Made by a program: the position numbers and the translations under genes. From sequence record NC_012638.1: a stretch of 64,000 nucleotides of DNA; one strand, given 5' to 3'. The notes under the pieces were generated by a model that was not told the DNA's origin, did not search any database, and saw only the letters and a program-made list of their open reading frames with translations. The stretch's first letter is position 1. Each line of letters begins with the position of its first letter. Origin of the DNA: Escherichia phage RB14. Of the stretch, positions 1 to 12,090 are shown one piece after another.

Positions 1-630
1 GATGGTAACTACAAATATCAGTATGACAAATATAATGATGTGAATCGTTGGGTTCCATTAGCAGCTGATATTGCCGGTTTATGTGCAAGAACCGATAACG
101 TTTCTCAGACTTGGATGTCTCCAGCTGGTTATAATCGCGGCCAAATTTTGAACGTTATTAAACTGGCTATTGAAACTCGCCAGGCTCAGCGCGACCGTTT
201 ATACCAAGAAGCTATCAACCCAGTGACTGGTACAGGTGGTGATGGTTACGTATTATATGGTGATAAAACAGCTACTTCTGTTCCTTCTCCATTTGATCGT
301 ATTAACGTTCGTCGTCTGTTTAATATGTTGAAAACGAATATCGGACGTAGTTCAAAATATCGTTTGTTCGAATTAAACAACGCGTTTACTCGTTCATCAT
401 TCCGCACAGAAACTGCCCAATACTTACAGGGAATTAAAGCTCTCGGTGGAATTTATGAATATCGTGTAGTTTGCGATACAACAAATAACACTCCGTCAGT
501 AATTGATAGAAATGAGTTTGTTGCAACATTCTACATCCAACCGGCTCGCAGTATAAATTATATCCAACTTAATTTCGTCGCAACGGCTACTGGTGCAGAT
601 TTCGATGAGTTAACTGGTCTTGCAGGTTAA
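1..630 (+). CDS. 18: Tail sheath protein gp18, C-terminal part (5' end lies outside the window)
   Basis: Open frame runs from base 1; followed in T4 order by the tail tube gene; sequence matches recalled T4 gp18 C-terminus. Confidence 0.9.
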   Translation, partial: DGNYKYQYDKYNDVNRWVPLAADIAGLCARTDNVSQTWMSPAGYNRGQILNVIKLAIETRQAQRDRLYQEAINPVTGTGGDGYVLYGDKTATSVPSPFDRINVRRLFNMLKTNIGRSSKYRLFELNNAFTRSSFRTETAQYLQGIKALGGIYEYRVVCDTTNNTPSVIDRNEFVATFYIQPARSINYIQLNFVATATGADFDELTGLAG

Positions 631-665
631 TACGGTGCATTCTAAAGGCCTGTTTCGGCAGGCCA

Positions 666-673
666 TATAAATA
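666..673 (+). promoter_or_regulatory. Late promoter TATAAATA (first of two upstream of gene 19; second at 725-732)
   Basis: Exact TATAAATA matches. Confidence 0.7.
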
Positions 674-746
674 CACTATATCCTTAATTCTTTAATTCTA
701 TATGCCCTAGGTTAAACATAGGGATATAAATACTACAGAGGCTAAT

Positions 747-1238
747 ATGTTTGTAGATGATGTAACACGAGCGTTTGAATCTGGTGATTTTGCTCGACCT
801 AACTTATTCCAAGTAGAAATTTCTTATCTTGGACAAAATTTTACGTTTCAATGTAAAGCCACTGCTTTACCAGCTGGTATTGTAGAAAAAATTCCAGTCG
901 GATTTATGAACCGTAAAATTAACGTAGCAGGCGATCGTACATTCGATGACTGGACTGTTACAGTAATGAACGATGAAGCTCATGATGCTCGTCAGAAGTT
1001 CGTTGATTGGCAAAGCATTGCTGCTGGACAAGGAAACGAAATTACTGGTGGAAAACCTGCAGAGTATAAAAAGAGCGCTATTGTTCGCCAATATGCTCGT
1101 GACGCTAAAACAGTAACAAAAGAAATTGAAATTAAAGGCTTGTGGCCTACTAACGTGGGTGAACTTCAATTAGATTGGGATTCAAATAACGAAATCCAAA
1201 CATTTGAAGTAACTCTTGCTCTCGATTATTGGGAATAA
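747..1238 (+). CDS. 19: Tail tube protein gp19 (163 aa)
   Basis: ATG start; 163 aa as in T4 gp19; TATAAATA late promoters upstream; synteny 18-19-20. Confidence 0.93.
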   Translation: MFVDDVTRAFESGDFARPNLFQVEISYLGQNFTFQCKATALPAGIVEKIPVGFMNRKINVAGDRTFDDWTVTVMNDEAHDARQKFVDWQSIAAGQGNEITGGKPAEYKKSAIVRQYARDAKTVTKEIEIKGLWPTNVGELQLDWDSNNEIQTFEVTLALDYWE

Positions 1239-1270
1239 AATGAATGGGGAGAAATCCCCATCCTGCTTAA

Positions 1271-2895
<1,625 letters not shown>

Positions 2896-2896
<1 letters not shown>

Positions 2897-3135
2897 TGGA
2901 AGGTTTAATTGAAGCTATTAAATCAAACGACCTCGTAGCCGCTCGTAAATTATTTGCTGAAGCCATGGCTGCAAGAACGATTGATTTAATTAAAGAAGAA
3001 AAAATTGCTATTGCTCGTAATTTCTTAATCGAAGGTGAAGAACCTGAAGATGAAGATGAAGATAGCGATGATGATAAAGACGACAAAAAAGACAAAGACT
3101 CTGACGAAGATGACGAAGACGAGGATGATGAATAA
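2896..3135 (+). CDS. 67: Prohead core protein gp67 (79 aa, acidic Asp/Glu tail)
   Basis: ATGA overlap with gene 20 stop; small acidic protein in the T4 gp67 position. Confidence 0.85.
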
Positions 3136-3560
3136 TGCTTCTGATCCCTGAAACTCATGAATTAGTTCTCGAGAATGTCGAAGCACTTATTCCTGAAGCA
3201 CAGGGTCGCTTTGACAAATTGTCTTCTGCTTTAAATAAAGACGATATAAATACAATTGTCGAGAATATGCTTGATGATGAAACTAATTTAGCAGTTGCAT
3301 TAGCTTCTATTAATGAAAACATGCCGTTAAATGAATTCATTGTTAAGCACGTTTCAGCTCGTGGTGAAATTACACGTACTAAAGATCGCAAAACACGCGA
3401 ACGTAATGCATTTCAAACCACTGGGCTGTCTAAAGCAAAACGTAGACAAATTGCTCGCAAAGCTACCAAAACGAAGATTGCCAATCCAGCAGGTCAATCT
3501 CGTGCTCAGCGTAAGCGTAAAAAAGCTCTTAAACGCCGTAAAGCATTAGGATTAAGCTAA
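3135..3560 (+). CDS. 68: Prohead core protein gp68 (141 aa)
   Basis: Overlaps gene 67 stop; 141 aa; basic C-terminus; synteny. Confidence 0.85.
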   Translation: MLLIPETHELVLENVEALIPEAQGRFDKLSSALNKDDINTIVENMLDDETNLAVALASINENMPLNEFIVKHVSARGEITRTKDRKTRERNAFQTTGLSKAKRRQIARKATKTKIANPAGQSRAQRKRKKALKRRKALGLS

Positions 3561-4198
3561 TGAATGAACCCCAATTACTAATTGAAACTTGGGGTCAACC
3601 TGGCGAAATTATTGATGGCGTACCAATGCTTGAATCCCATGATGGAAAAGACTTAGGTTTAAAACCGGGTTTATACATCGAAGGAATATTCATGCAAGCA
3701 GAAGTCGTCAATAGAAATAAACGTCTTTATCCAAAACGTATATTAGAAAAAGCGGTAAAAGACTATATTAATGAGCAAGTTTTAACTAAACAAGCTCTCG
3801 GAGAATTAAATCATCCTCCACGCGCTAATGTTGACCCGATGCAAGCCGCTATCATTATAGAAGATATGTGGTGGAAAGGAAATGACGTATACGGACGAGC
3901 TCGTGTTATTGAAGGTGACCATGGTCCTGGAGATAAATTAGCAGCTAATATTCGTGCCGGATGGATTCCAGGAGTTTCTTCTCGTGGATTAGGTTCATTG
4001 ACTGACACAAATAAAGGTTATCGTATCGTAAACGAAGGATTCAAATTAACTGTAGGTGTTGATGCAGTATGGGGTCCAAGTGCTCCAGATGCATGGGTAA
4101 CTCCTAAGGAAATTACCGAATCACAGACGGCGGAAGCCGATACAAGTGCCGATGACGCCTATATGGCTCTCGCAGAGGCCATGAAAAAAGCGTTATAA
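3560..4198 (+). CDS. 21: Prohead core protease gp21 (212 aa)
   Basis: 212 aa, N-terminus MNEPQLL; position between 68 and 22. Confidence 0.92.
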   Translation: MNEPQLLIETWGQPGEIIDGVPMLESHDGKDLGLKPGLYIEGIFMQAEVVNRNKRLYPKRILEKAVKDYINEQVLTKQALGELNHPPRANVDPMQAAIIIEDMWWKGNDVYGRARVIEGDHGPGDKLAANIRAGWIPGVSSRGLGSLTDTNKGYRIVNEGFKLTVGVDAVWGPSAPDAWVTPKEITESQTAEADTSADDAYMALAEAMKKAL

Positions 4199-4228
4199 AT
4201 ATTATTATCTAAACAACAGGACTACAAA

Positions 4229-5038
4229 ATGCTTAAAGAACAACTGATTGCTGAAGCGCAAAAAATTGATGCTTCCGTTGCTCTTGATAGTATTTTCGAA
4301 TCAGTTAATATTTCTCCGGAAGCAAAAGAAACTTTCGGCACTGTATTCGAAGCTACCGTCAAGCAGCACGCCGTTAAATTAGCTGAATCTCATATCGCTA
4401 AAATTGCTGAAAAAGCAGAAGAAGAAGTAGAAAAAAATAAAGAAGAAGCCGAAGAAAAAGCTGAGAAGAAAATCGCTGAGCAAGCTTCTAAATTCATTGA
4501 CCATCTTGCGAAAGAATGGCTCGCTGAAAATAAATTAGCAGTTGATAAAGGCATCAAAGCCGAACTGTTTGAATCCATGCTTGGTGGATTAAAAGAGCTC
4601 TTTGTTGAACACAACGTTGTTGTTCCAGAAGAATCAGTTGATGTTGTGGCTGAAATGGAAGAAGAGCTGCAAGAACATAAAGAAGAATCAGCTCGTCTGT
4701 TCGAAGAACTCAATATGCGCGACGCATATATCAATTATGTGCAGCGTGAAGTGGCATTGAGCGAAAGTACTAAAGATCTGACTGAGTCTCAAAAAGAAAA
4801 AGTCTCTGCTCTGGTCGAAGGTATGGATTATTCAGATGCATTCTCAAGTAAATTGAGTGCCATCGTAGAAATGGTGAAGAAATCTAATAAAGATGAAAGC
4901 ACTATTACTGAGAGTATAAATACTCCTGATACTGAAGCAGCCGGACTGAATTTCGTCACTGAAGCTGTAGAAGATAAATCTGCATCCGGTGCAGAAGATA
5001 TTGTAAGTGTATATGCGAAAGTCGCATCTCGTTTCTAA
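4229..5038 (+). CDS. 22: Prohead scaffold protein gp22 (269 aa)
   Basis: 269 aa, Glu/Lys-rich coiled-coil composition; directly upstream of the major capsid gene. Confidence 0.92.
   Translation: MLKEQLIAEAQKIDASVALDSIFESVNISPEAKETFGTVFEATVKQHAVKLAESHIAKIAEKAEEEVEKNKEEAEEKAEKKIAEQASKFIDHLAKEWLAENKLAVDKGIKAELFESMLGGLKELFVEHNVVVPEESVDVVAEMEEELQEHKEESARLFEELNMRDAYINYVQREVALSESTKDLTESQKEKVSALVEGMDYSDAFSSKLSAIVEMVKKSNKDESTITESINTPDTEAAGLNFVTEAVEDKSASGAEDIVSVYAKVASRF
4915..4922 (+). promoter_or_regulatory. Late promoter TATAAATA inside the 3' end of gene 22, upstream of gene 23
   Basis: Exact match. Confidence 0.65.
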
Positions 5039-5056
5039 TTTTAAAGGTTAACACAA

Positions 5057-6622
5057 ATGACTATCAAAACTAAAGCTGAACTTTTGAACAAATGGAAGCC
5101 ATTACTGGAAGGTGAAGGTTTACCGGAAATTGCTAATAGCAAACAAGCGATTATCGCTAAAATCTTTGAAAACCAGGAAAAAGATTTCCAGACAGCTCCA
5201 GAGTACAAAGACGAAAAAATCGCTCAGGCGTTCGGTTCTTTCTTAACAGAAGCTGAAATCGGTGGTGACCACGGTTACAATGCTACTAACATCGCTGCAG
5301 GTCAGACTTCTGGCGCAGTAACTCAGATTGGCCCAGCTGTTATGGGTATGGTACGTCGTGCTATTCCTAACCTGATTGCTTTCGATATTTGTGGTGTTCA
5401 GCCGATGAACAGCCCGACTGGCCAGGTATTCGCACTGCGCGCAGTATATGGTAAAGACCCAATCGCTTCCGGTGCTAAAGAAGCATTCCACCCAATGTAT
5501 GGTCCAGATGCAATGTTCTCTGGTCAGGGTGCTGCTAAGAAATTCCCAGCTCTGGCTGCTAGCACACAAACCACAGTAGGTGATATCTATACTCACTTCT
5601 TCCAGGACACTGGTACTGTGTATCTGCAAGCTTCTGCTCAAGTAACAATTAGTGCAAGCGCAACTGACGCAGCTAAATTAGATGCTGAAATTAAGAAACA
5701 AATGGAAGCTGGTGCACTGGTAGAAATCGCTGAAGGTATGGCTACTTCTATCGCTGAACTTCAGGAAGGTTTCAATGGTTCTACCGATAACCCATGGAAT
5801 GAAATGGGCTTCCGTATCGATAAACAAGTTATCGAAGCTAAATCTCGCCAGCTGAAAGCTGCTTACTCTATCGAATTAGCACAAGACCTCCGCGCTGTTC
5901 ACGGTATGGATGCTGACGCTGAACTGTCTGGTATTCTGGCTACAGAAATTATGCTGGAAATCAACCGTGAAGTTGTTGATTGGATTAACTACTCCGCTCA
6001 GGTTGGTAAATCTGGTATGACCCTGACTCCGGGTTCTAAAGCTGGCGTATTCGACTTCCAGGATCCAATTGATATTCGTGGTGCTCGCTGGGCAGGTGAA
6101 TCCTTTAAAGCTCTGTTGTTCCAGATTGACAAAGAAGCAGTTGAAATTGCTCGTCAGACCGGTCGTGGTGAAGGTAACTTCATTATCGCTTCCCGTAACG
6201 TAGTTAACGTTCTGGCTTCAGTTGATACTGGCATTTCTTATGCTGCACAAGGTCTGGCTACCGGCTTTAACACTGATACTACCAAGTCAGTATTTGCTGG
6301 TGTTCTGGGTGGTAAATACCGTGTATATATCGACCAGTATGCTAAACAGGATTATTTCACTGTAGGTTATAAAGGTCCGAACGAAATGGATGCTGGTATT
6401 TACTACGCTCCATATGTAGCTCTGACTCCGCTGCGTGGTTCCGATCCGAAGAACTTCCAACCGGTAATGGGATTCAAAACTCGTTACGGTATCGGTATCA
6501 ACCCATTTGCAGAATCCGCTGCTCAGGCTCCGGCTTCTCGCATCCAGAGCGGTATGCCTTCTATTCTGAATAGCCTTGGTAAAAACGCTTACTTCCGCCG
6601 TGTATATGTTAAAGGTATCTAA
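5057..6622 (+). CDS. 23: Major capsid protein gp23 (521 aa)
   Basis: 521 aa; matches recalled T4 gp23; late promoter TATAAATA at 4915-4922; terminator hairpin downstream. Confidence 0.96.
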   Translation: MTIKTKAELLNKWKPLLEGEGLPEIANSKQAIIAKIFENQEKDFQTAPEYKDEKIAQAFGSFLTEAEIGGDHGYNATNIAAGQTSGAVTQIGPAVMGMVRRAIPNLIAFDICGVQPMNSPTGQVFALRAVYGKDPIASGAKEAFHPMYGPDAMFSGQGAAKKFPALAASTQTTVGDIYTHFFQDTGTVYLQASAQVTISASATDAAKLDAEIKKQMEAGALVEIAEGMATSIAELQEGFNGSTDNPWNEMGFRIDKQVIEAKSRQLKAAYSIELAQDLRAVHGMDADAELSGILATEIMLEINREVVDWINYSAQVGKSGMTLTPGSKAGVFDFQDPIDIRGARWAGESFKALLFQIDKEAVEIARQTGRGEGNFIIASRNVVNVLASVDTGISYAAQGLATGFNTDTTKSVFAGVLGGKYRVYIDQYAKQDYFTVGYKGPNEMDAGIYYAPYVALTPLRGSDPKNFQPVMGFKTRYGIGINPFAESAAQAPASRIQSGMPSILNSLGKNAYFRRVYVKGI

Positions 6623-6637
6623 TCTTTGACGATTTAA

Positions 6638-6660
6638 GGGACCTTCGGGTCCCTTTAGTT
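6638..6660 (+). terminator. Rho-independent terminator after gene 23
   Basis: GGGACC-UUCG-GGUCCC hairpin followed by a U-rich tract. Confidence 0.8.
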
Positions 6661-6669
6661 GTTTTATGG

Positions 6670-6677
6670 TATAAATA
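6670..6677 (+). promoter_or_regulatory. Late promoter TATAAATA upstream of gene 24
   Basis: Exact match. Confidence 0.7.
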
Positions 6678-6704
6678 AATCATATAAACCAAAAGGAAAG
6701 CGCA

Positions 6705-7988
6705 ATGGCTAAAATCAACGAACTTCTGCGCGAATCAACCACAACGAATAGCAACTCAATCGGTCGCCCAAATCTCGTTGCTTTGACTCGCGCTACCACT
6801 AAATTAATATATTCTGACATTGTAGCAACGCAAAGAACTAATCAACCTGTTGCTGCTTTTTATGGTATCAAATACCTTAACCCAGACAATGAATTTACAT
6901 TTAAAACTGGTGCTACTTATGCTGGCGAAGCTGGATATGTAGACCGAGAACAAATCACAGAATTAACAGAAGAGTCTAAATTAACTCTCAATAAAGGCGA
7001 TTTATTCAAATATAATAACATCGTTTATAAAGTATTAGAAGATACACCATTTGCTGATATTGAAGAAAGCGATTTAGAATTAGCTCTTCAGATTGCAATT
7101 GTTCTTTTAAAGGTTCGTCTATTTTCTGACGCAGCGTCAACAAGCAAATTTGAAAGCTCTGATAGCGAAATTGCGGATGCTAGATTCCAGATTAATAAAT
7201 GGCAAACCGCAGTTAAATCTCGTAAACTTAAAACTGGCATCACAGTTGAATTAGCACAAGATTTAGAAGCAAACGGATTCGATGCTCCTAATTTCTTGGA
7301 AGATTTGCTTGCAACTGAAATGGCAGATGAAATCAATAAAGATATTCTGCAGTCTTTAATTACAGTATCAAAACGTTATAAAGTTACAGGAATTACTGAT
7401 ACTGGATTCATTGATTTGAGTTATGCATCTGCACCTGAAGCTGGTCGTTCATTATACCGAATGGTATGTGAAATGGTTTCGCATATCCAAAAAGAATCAA
7501 CTTATACAGCAACGTTCTGTGTTGCTTCAGCTCGTGCTGCTGCGATTCTTGCTGCATCAGGTTGGTTAAAACATAAACCAGAAGATGATAAATATCTTTC
7601 ACAAAATGCCTATGGGTTCTTAGCTAATGGTTTACCGCTTTATTGCGATACTAACAGCCCATTAGATTATGTAATCGTTGGCGTAGTAGAAAATATCGGT
7701 GAAAAAGAAATTGTTGGATCAATTTTCTATGCTCCGTATACAGAAGGTCTTGACTTAGATGACCCTGAACATGTAGGTGCATTTAAAGTTGTGGTTGATC
7801 CAGAAAGTTTGCAGCCATCTATCGGTTTATTAGTTAGATATGCTTTATCTGCAAATCCTTATACCGTAGCAAAAGATGAAAAAGAAGCAAGAATAATTGA
7901 TGGTGGAGACATGGATAAAATGGCGGGTCGTTCAGATTTGTCTGTTTTATTAGGTGTTAAGCTACCAAAAATTATTGTTGATGAATAA
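6705..7988 (+). CDS. 24: Capsid vertex protein gp24 (427 aa)
   Basis: 427 aa, gp23 paralog by composition and position; late promoter at 6670-6677. Confidence 0.93.
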   Translation: MAKINELLRESTTTNSNSIGRPNLVALTRATTKLIYSDIVATQRTNQPVAAFYGIKYLNPDNEFTFKTGATYAGEAGYVDREQITELTEESKLTLNKGDLFKYNNIVYKVLEDTPFADIEESDLELALQIAIVLLKVRLFSDAASTSKFESSDSEIADARFQINKWQTAVKSRKLKTGITVELAQDLEANGFDAPNFLEDLLATEMADEINKDILQSLITVSKRYKVTGITDTGFIDLSYASAPEAGRSLYRMVCEMVSHIQKESTYTATFCVASARAAAILAASGWLKHKPEDDKYLSQNAYGFLANGLPLYCDTNSPLDYVIVGVVENIGEKEIVGSIFYAPYTEGLDLDDPEHVGAFKVVVDPESLQPSIGLLVRYALSANPYTVAKDEKEARIIDGGDMDKMAGRSDLSVLLGVKLPKIIVDE

Positions 7989-7994
7989 AACAAA

Positions 7995-8015
7995 GGGACC
8001 TTTCGGTCCCTTTTT
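7995..8015. terminator. Bidirectional terminator between gene 24 and rnlB
   Basis: GGGACC-TTTCG-GTCCC hairpin flanked by A-run and T-run. Confidence 0.8.
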
Positions 8016-8017
8016 AT

Positions 8018-9022
8018 TTAACTTACCAATTCAATCCAAGCCGGACGAAGTACATCTTGTACCATTTTAACTAATTCCTTTTTAATCAAAGAAGGATTAT
8101 CCGCTTGAGTTAGAGTAATACCTTCACGAGAAGTTTCTTCCAAAATATCTTGAACAGTTAGTCCCATCACCTTTCCAAAATCTTTTGGACCAATTTCGCC
8201 AATTTTAGAAATAACGTTATTTACTCGGTTCAGTGTAACGTAGCAAGCTAAAATTCCCAGCAATTTATTATCAGCTTCTGACAGCTCAACTTTAGCTTTA
8301 ATAGGCTTATCAGACTTTTTCTTTTCGCTAAATTTAGAGTTCTTGCATTTAATAGCTACACGATTGCCATTAGGCATCCAAGAAGGATAACAAGGTTTCA
8401 ATACATATCCTTCAGCAGTAAATACTTCGCCTTTTGCTTCGGCATTCCAAACGCATTTATTTGCATCAACTAATCCAGCATGGTCTACCGTAAAATTATA
8501 ATCCTGGACTACAGAATCTAAATCATTTGGCAATTTAATAAGCTCTTCAAATTTACCACGACCTAAAAGTGGAGCCATTTTAAATTTAAATGTATTACAG
8601 AATGATTCCATCATATAATCATCGACATAAGTCACATCACCGCTTTCGGTAGTAACAATAATGTCAAATACATAAAAATCTTTATCGCCATAATCGACAT
8701 TCTTCTGAATGCCAGGTCCAGCGAATTCGCCAAAAACTTGATAAGATACAACCGCTGAAGTTTCCATAATATCTTGCACTGCTTCGATAGAATCAGCGTA
8801 ATTCTTTAGAATAATTTCATACCCAAAGAAATCTTCAGCAGGAAGAATAGGACCAGTACGTTTAGCGCAAGTTACTTTATCACGCTCAATAATCAATGAG
8901 AAATTTGTGCCGTGAATCTTTTCACGAGCTACCCATTCGCCGCCAGTCAATCCCAGGCTATAAAGTTTTTCAATAAATTTAGAGTTGTAATGATTTTCAA
9001 GACTGCTATACTTTTTAAACAT
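8018..9022 (-). CDS. rnlB: RNA ligase 2 (334 aa)
   Basis: 334 aa; N-terminal nucleotidyltransferase motif region EKIHGTN; position after gene 24 on the opposite strand as in T4. Confidence 0.9.
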   Translation of the reverse strand: MFKKYSSLENHYNSKFIEKLYSLGLTGGEWVAREKIHGTNFSLIIERDKVTCAKRTGPILPAEDFFGYEIILKNYADSIEAVQDIMETSAVVSYQVFGEFAGPGIQKNVDYGDKDFYVFDIIVTTESGDVTYVDDYMMESFCNTFKFKMAPLLGRGKFEELIKLPNDLDSVVQDYNFTVDHAGLVDANKCVWNAEAKGEVFTAEGYVLKPCYPSWMPNGNRVAIKCKNSKFSEKKKSDKPIKAKVELSEADNKLLGILACYVTLNRVNNVISKIGEIGPKDFGKVMGLTVQDILEETSREGITLTQADNPSLIKKELVKMVQDVLRPAWIELVS

Positions 9023-9031
9023 AATTAATCC

Positions 9032-9310
9032 TCAAAATATAATTTCTAACCAATCACCATCACGCTGATCACTATTAACTTTAAAGCTAAATCCTTCTTT
9101 TCTCAGCCAATCACCAATTTCTTCAGTAATCAATTTATCGCGAGCAGTACAATAATAACTAAAATATGTTTTACCTTGTTCAGCTGCTTTATTAGCAAGT
9201 TCTGAAAAATCTTTAATAAAACACTCTAGCTTAAACTGTTTACTTTTTAATGCTTTTTCGCGTAATTGATTAGCAAAAGATTCATTTTCATAAAGATCAT
9301 ACTGTTCCAT
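9032..9310 (-). CDS. Hypothetical protein (T4 24.2 position, 92 aa)
   Basis: ATG start, compact spacing with rnlB; synteny only. Confidence 0.65.
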   Translation of the reverse strand: MEQYDLYENESFANQLREKALKSKQFKLECFIKDFSELANKAAEQGKTYFSYYCTARDKLITEEIGDWLRKEGFSFKVNSDQRDGDWLEIIF

Positions 9311-9512
9311 TTTTCACCTTTTTATTGATATGTCTTTTTCTATAGACAACTTTTTCTCGAGTCTCAAATTTATTCTTAGCAGTCATAGCTCGAGCCCATA
9401 ATACAGCCACTTCTTTCGCCTGTAAGTTTAATTCACGAGCAATTTCAATGAATGACTTTCCAGACTCATGAAGAGTAAACACCACAACCTCAGTTCTCAT
9501 AATCAATCTCAT
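9297..9512 (-). CDS. Hypothetical small protein (T4 24.3 position, 71 aa), possible helix-turn-helix
   Basis: ATG start; short basic protein; overlaps the downstream ORF. Confidence 0.6.
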   Translation of the reverse strand: MRLIMRTEVVVFTLHESGKSFIEIARELNLQAKEVAVLWARAMTAKNKFETREKVVYRKRHINKKVKNGTV

Positions 9513-9580
9513 GTTATCGAGTTGGTGCTATTATATACATCATTTTCTGATTATGTTTTGTGTGCTTTCAAAATGAAGAA

Positions 9581-9596
9581 AGGGGCCGAAGCCCCT
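9581..9596 (-). terminator. Terminator hairpin downstream of hoc
   Basis: GGGGCC-GAAG-CCCC stem-loop followed on the minus strand by a T-rich tract. Confidence 0.6.
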
Positions 9597-9600
9597 ACGA

Positions 9601-10731
9601 TTATGGATAGGTATAGATGATACCAGTTTCTAAAGCAGTTTTATGAATGATGTATCCATTACGCGATTCTTGGACATCAACTTCTGGATAGTCTTTCATC
9701 ATCTTCTGAAGAGTGTAACGATGCAGGTAGTATTTACTATCTGGATCTTCAGTTTTCCAATCTTTACCTTCTTCAGTCATTTTTTGGATTTCATCCATAA
9801 CCCACCAACCGCACCAGATGTAAGCTGAAGTACGATGTGGAAGAGAATGAACATAAGGTAATTCACCTTCTGGTTCCGGAGCAACTTTATCAGTCACTTG
9901 AACTTGACCTGTTGTTTTAACTGTTTTGCTATCATAATCAGTTGCTGTAACGACAGCAGTAACTTCAATAGTTTGACTTCCAACAGATGAGGTATCGATA
10001 GTATATACGTTAGTTGACCCTTCTACAGGAGAAGAATCTTTCTTCCATGAATACGCAATTTGCGCTTCTTCTGGAGCATCAGTGACATTAGCGGTAAATG
10101 TAGCCGAAGCATCTTGCTGAACATTAATAGAAGGAGGAGTCAATGTAACCTGTGGATTCATTGTCTTCTTATTAACTGTCAATGATACTTCATTAGAAGT
10201 AACGCTCAGTGCATCATAATCTGTCGCTGTTACTTGAGCTACACACTTGATTTTTTTAACTCCGCTTGTAGTAGGAGTGTAATTGAATGTAGCGCTAGTT
10301 GCTTCGCTCACAGGAGAACCGTCAACGTGCCATTGATACGTAGCAGATGCACCTGATGGCTGCGAAGCTAAAGTAGCGGTAAATTCAACAGCTGTTCCGA
10401 TTACTCCTTCCGGAGGACTATTAGGAGTTACAGCTAAAGTAGTTGTCTGTGTCTTATTTTGAACTGTGATAGTTGTAGTAGCTTCTGCTGTTTCAGCATC
10501 AGTATCTGGAACTGGGTTTGTTGCAACTACTTTAATAGTCTTTTGACCGGCAGGTCCTTTTAATACATAATTAAAAGTTGCTGACGTTTCTTCCTGTGGA
10601 GCACCGTCTACAGTCCAAGCATATGTAATAGGTCCATCTCCAGTTTGACCACTGGGTGTAGCAGTAAACTGCTTAGTTTCATCAATAACCCCTGTTGGTG
10701 TTTTAGGAGTTATATCAACTGTAAAAGCCAT
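9601..10731 (-). CDS. hoc: Highly immunogenic outer capsid protein Hoc (376 aa)
   Basis: 376 aa; Thr/Val/Pro-rich repeated Ig-like segments; T4 position; terminator hairpin downstream at 9581-9596. Confidence 0.9.
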   Translation of the reverse strand: MAFTVDITPKTPTGVIDETKQFTATPSGQTGDGPITYAWTVDGAPQEETSATFNYVLKGPAGQKTIKVVATNPVPDTDAETAEATTTITVQNKTQTTTLAVTPNSPPEGVIGTAVEFTATLASQPSGASATYQWHVDGSPVSEATSATFNYTPTTSGVKKIKCVAQVTATDYDALSVTSNEVSLTVNKKTMNPQVTLTPPSINVQQDASATFTANVTDAPEEAQIAYSWKKDSSPVEGSTNVYTIDTSSVGSQTIEVTAVVTATDYDSKTVKTTGQVQVTDKVAPEPEGELPYVHSLPHRTSAYIWCGWWVMDEIQKMTEEGKDWKTEDPDSKYYLHRYTLQKMMKDYPEVDVQESRNGYIIHKTALETGIIYTYP

Positions 10732-10740
10732 AAGTTATCC

Positions 10741-11421
10741 TTATTTTAATGTTACGAAAGAAGAATTGCGTGTTTCACGAATTAGAACTGATCCGTCGCG
10801 GTTAATGTAATAAATTAAGCTAAATAAAGTTTGGTGTGCTGACGCATGCTCAAAACTTGTTGGGTGAGATTTCCAATCCGGAGTTTCAGCAATCCACTGG
10901 TAAATCCACCAAGGAACAGTACAGAATCCTGGATTTTTCCCAATCAGCTGAAGATTCGGACTAAAGTTTTCCGGAAGAGTAAATACAGACGGCTTTTCAG
11001 ATTCAATAATCTCAGCTACAGCCTGTTCAAATTTTTCTTCAACAAAAGGAGTATCTTCAATCAAAACATCGGTATTTTCAGGAATTTTATCCGTTTCTAC
11101 TACTTCAATTTTAATGTCAGATTTAACCGGAGAATCAATCAGAAGTGCTGCTTCTGGATTGACTTCTTCATCGTCATATTTTAATCCCTCTGCGGCATCA
11201 GCAGCATCAATTAAGTCTTTAATAGATAACCCATCAATCTCTGGCATAGGTTCACTAGCAAGCTTCTGGAGGGCTTCTTCAATATCAACAACGATATTAT
11301 CAAAAGATTTATTCTTTTTGACCTTTATACCAAACTGTTCAGCATATTCAGCTAATTTAGCTTTAGCTTCTTTATTATCATCAAGAGCCTTCAGCTCTGC
11401 AATATAATCTTTATCTATCAT
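10741..11421 (-). CDS. inh: Inhibitor of prohead protease Inh (226 aa)
   Basis: 226 aa, ATG start; position between hoc and uvsW block. Confidence 0.8.
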   Translation of the reverse strand: MIDKDYIAELKALDDNKEAKAKLAEYAEQFGIKVKKNKSFDNIVVDIEEALQKLASEPMPEIDGLSIKDLIDAADAAEGLKYDDEEVNPEAALLIDSPVKSDIKIEVVETDKIPENTDVLIEDTPFVEEKFEQAVAEIIESEKPSVFTLPENFSPNLQLIGKNPGFCTVPWWIYQWIAETPDWKSHPTSFEHASAHQTLFSLIYYINRDGSVLIRETRNSSFVTLK

Positions 11422-11470
11422 AATATTTCCTCAGTATAAATATAGATATATTTATTACTCGGAAAATAGT

Positions 11471-12088
11471 ATGTACCACTTTGTATATGAAACAACAAAT
11501 CTAATAAATGGTAAAAAGTATATAGGAAAACACTCTACTGATGACTTGAATGATGGTTACCTTGGTTCTGGTAAGGCAATTCAGCAGGCTATAAAGAAAT
11601 ATGGTGAAAACAATTTCTCTAGAACAATACTAAAAGAGTTTAAAACTTCCGAAGAAGCGTACATATATGAAGAAGAAATTATAACTCCTGAAATAATAAA
11701 AAGCAAAAATTATTATAATATGAAACCTGGTGGAATTGGTGGAATTGTTATGACTACAGAGGTTATAGCAAAGATGAAAGAATCTTCCGCTAAGAGATTT
11801 GAAAACTCACCGGGCACGGTATTAGGTACAACTTGTTACACTAATGGAACTAAAAATATTTTTATTAAACCTGGAGAACTTGTTCCAGAAGGATTTGTAA
11901 AAGGGATGGTTCATCCTAATAGAAAGTCCAGAAAAGGATGTAAAGTCAAACCAACTACCACAGGAACTTTTTGGGTCAATAATGGTGCAATAAATAAATT
12001 AATACAACCAGACGGTATTATTCCCGACGGATTTATTAAAGGTCGTCTCATGAAAAGAGATTCTAAAGGCAAATTTAGTAAGGCATAA
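11471..12088 (+). mobile_element. segE: Free-standing GIY-YIG homing endonuclease gene (SegE-like, 205 aa)
   Basis: N-terminal GIY-YIG region (FVYETTNLINGKKYIGKHS ... GYLGSG); lies on the opposite strand between inh and uvsW where T4 carries segE; own TATAAATA at 11435-11442. Confidence 0.8.
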
Positions 12089-12090
12089 TT

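Noticed and set aside
867-1169. Antisense ORFs in the track that lie entirely inside well-supported genes (for example 867-1169, 2847-3158, 4390-4734, 5243-5641, 56155-56625, 57074-57328)
   Set aside because: They overlap conserved structural genes on the opposite strand, have no Shine-Dalgarno or promoter context, and show low-complexity composition typical of antisense frames.
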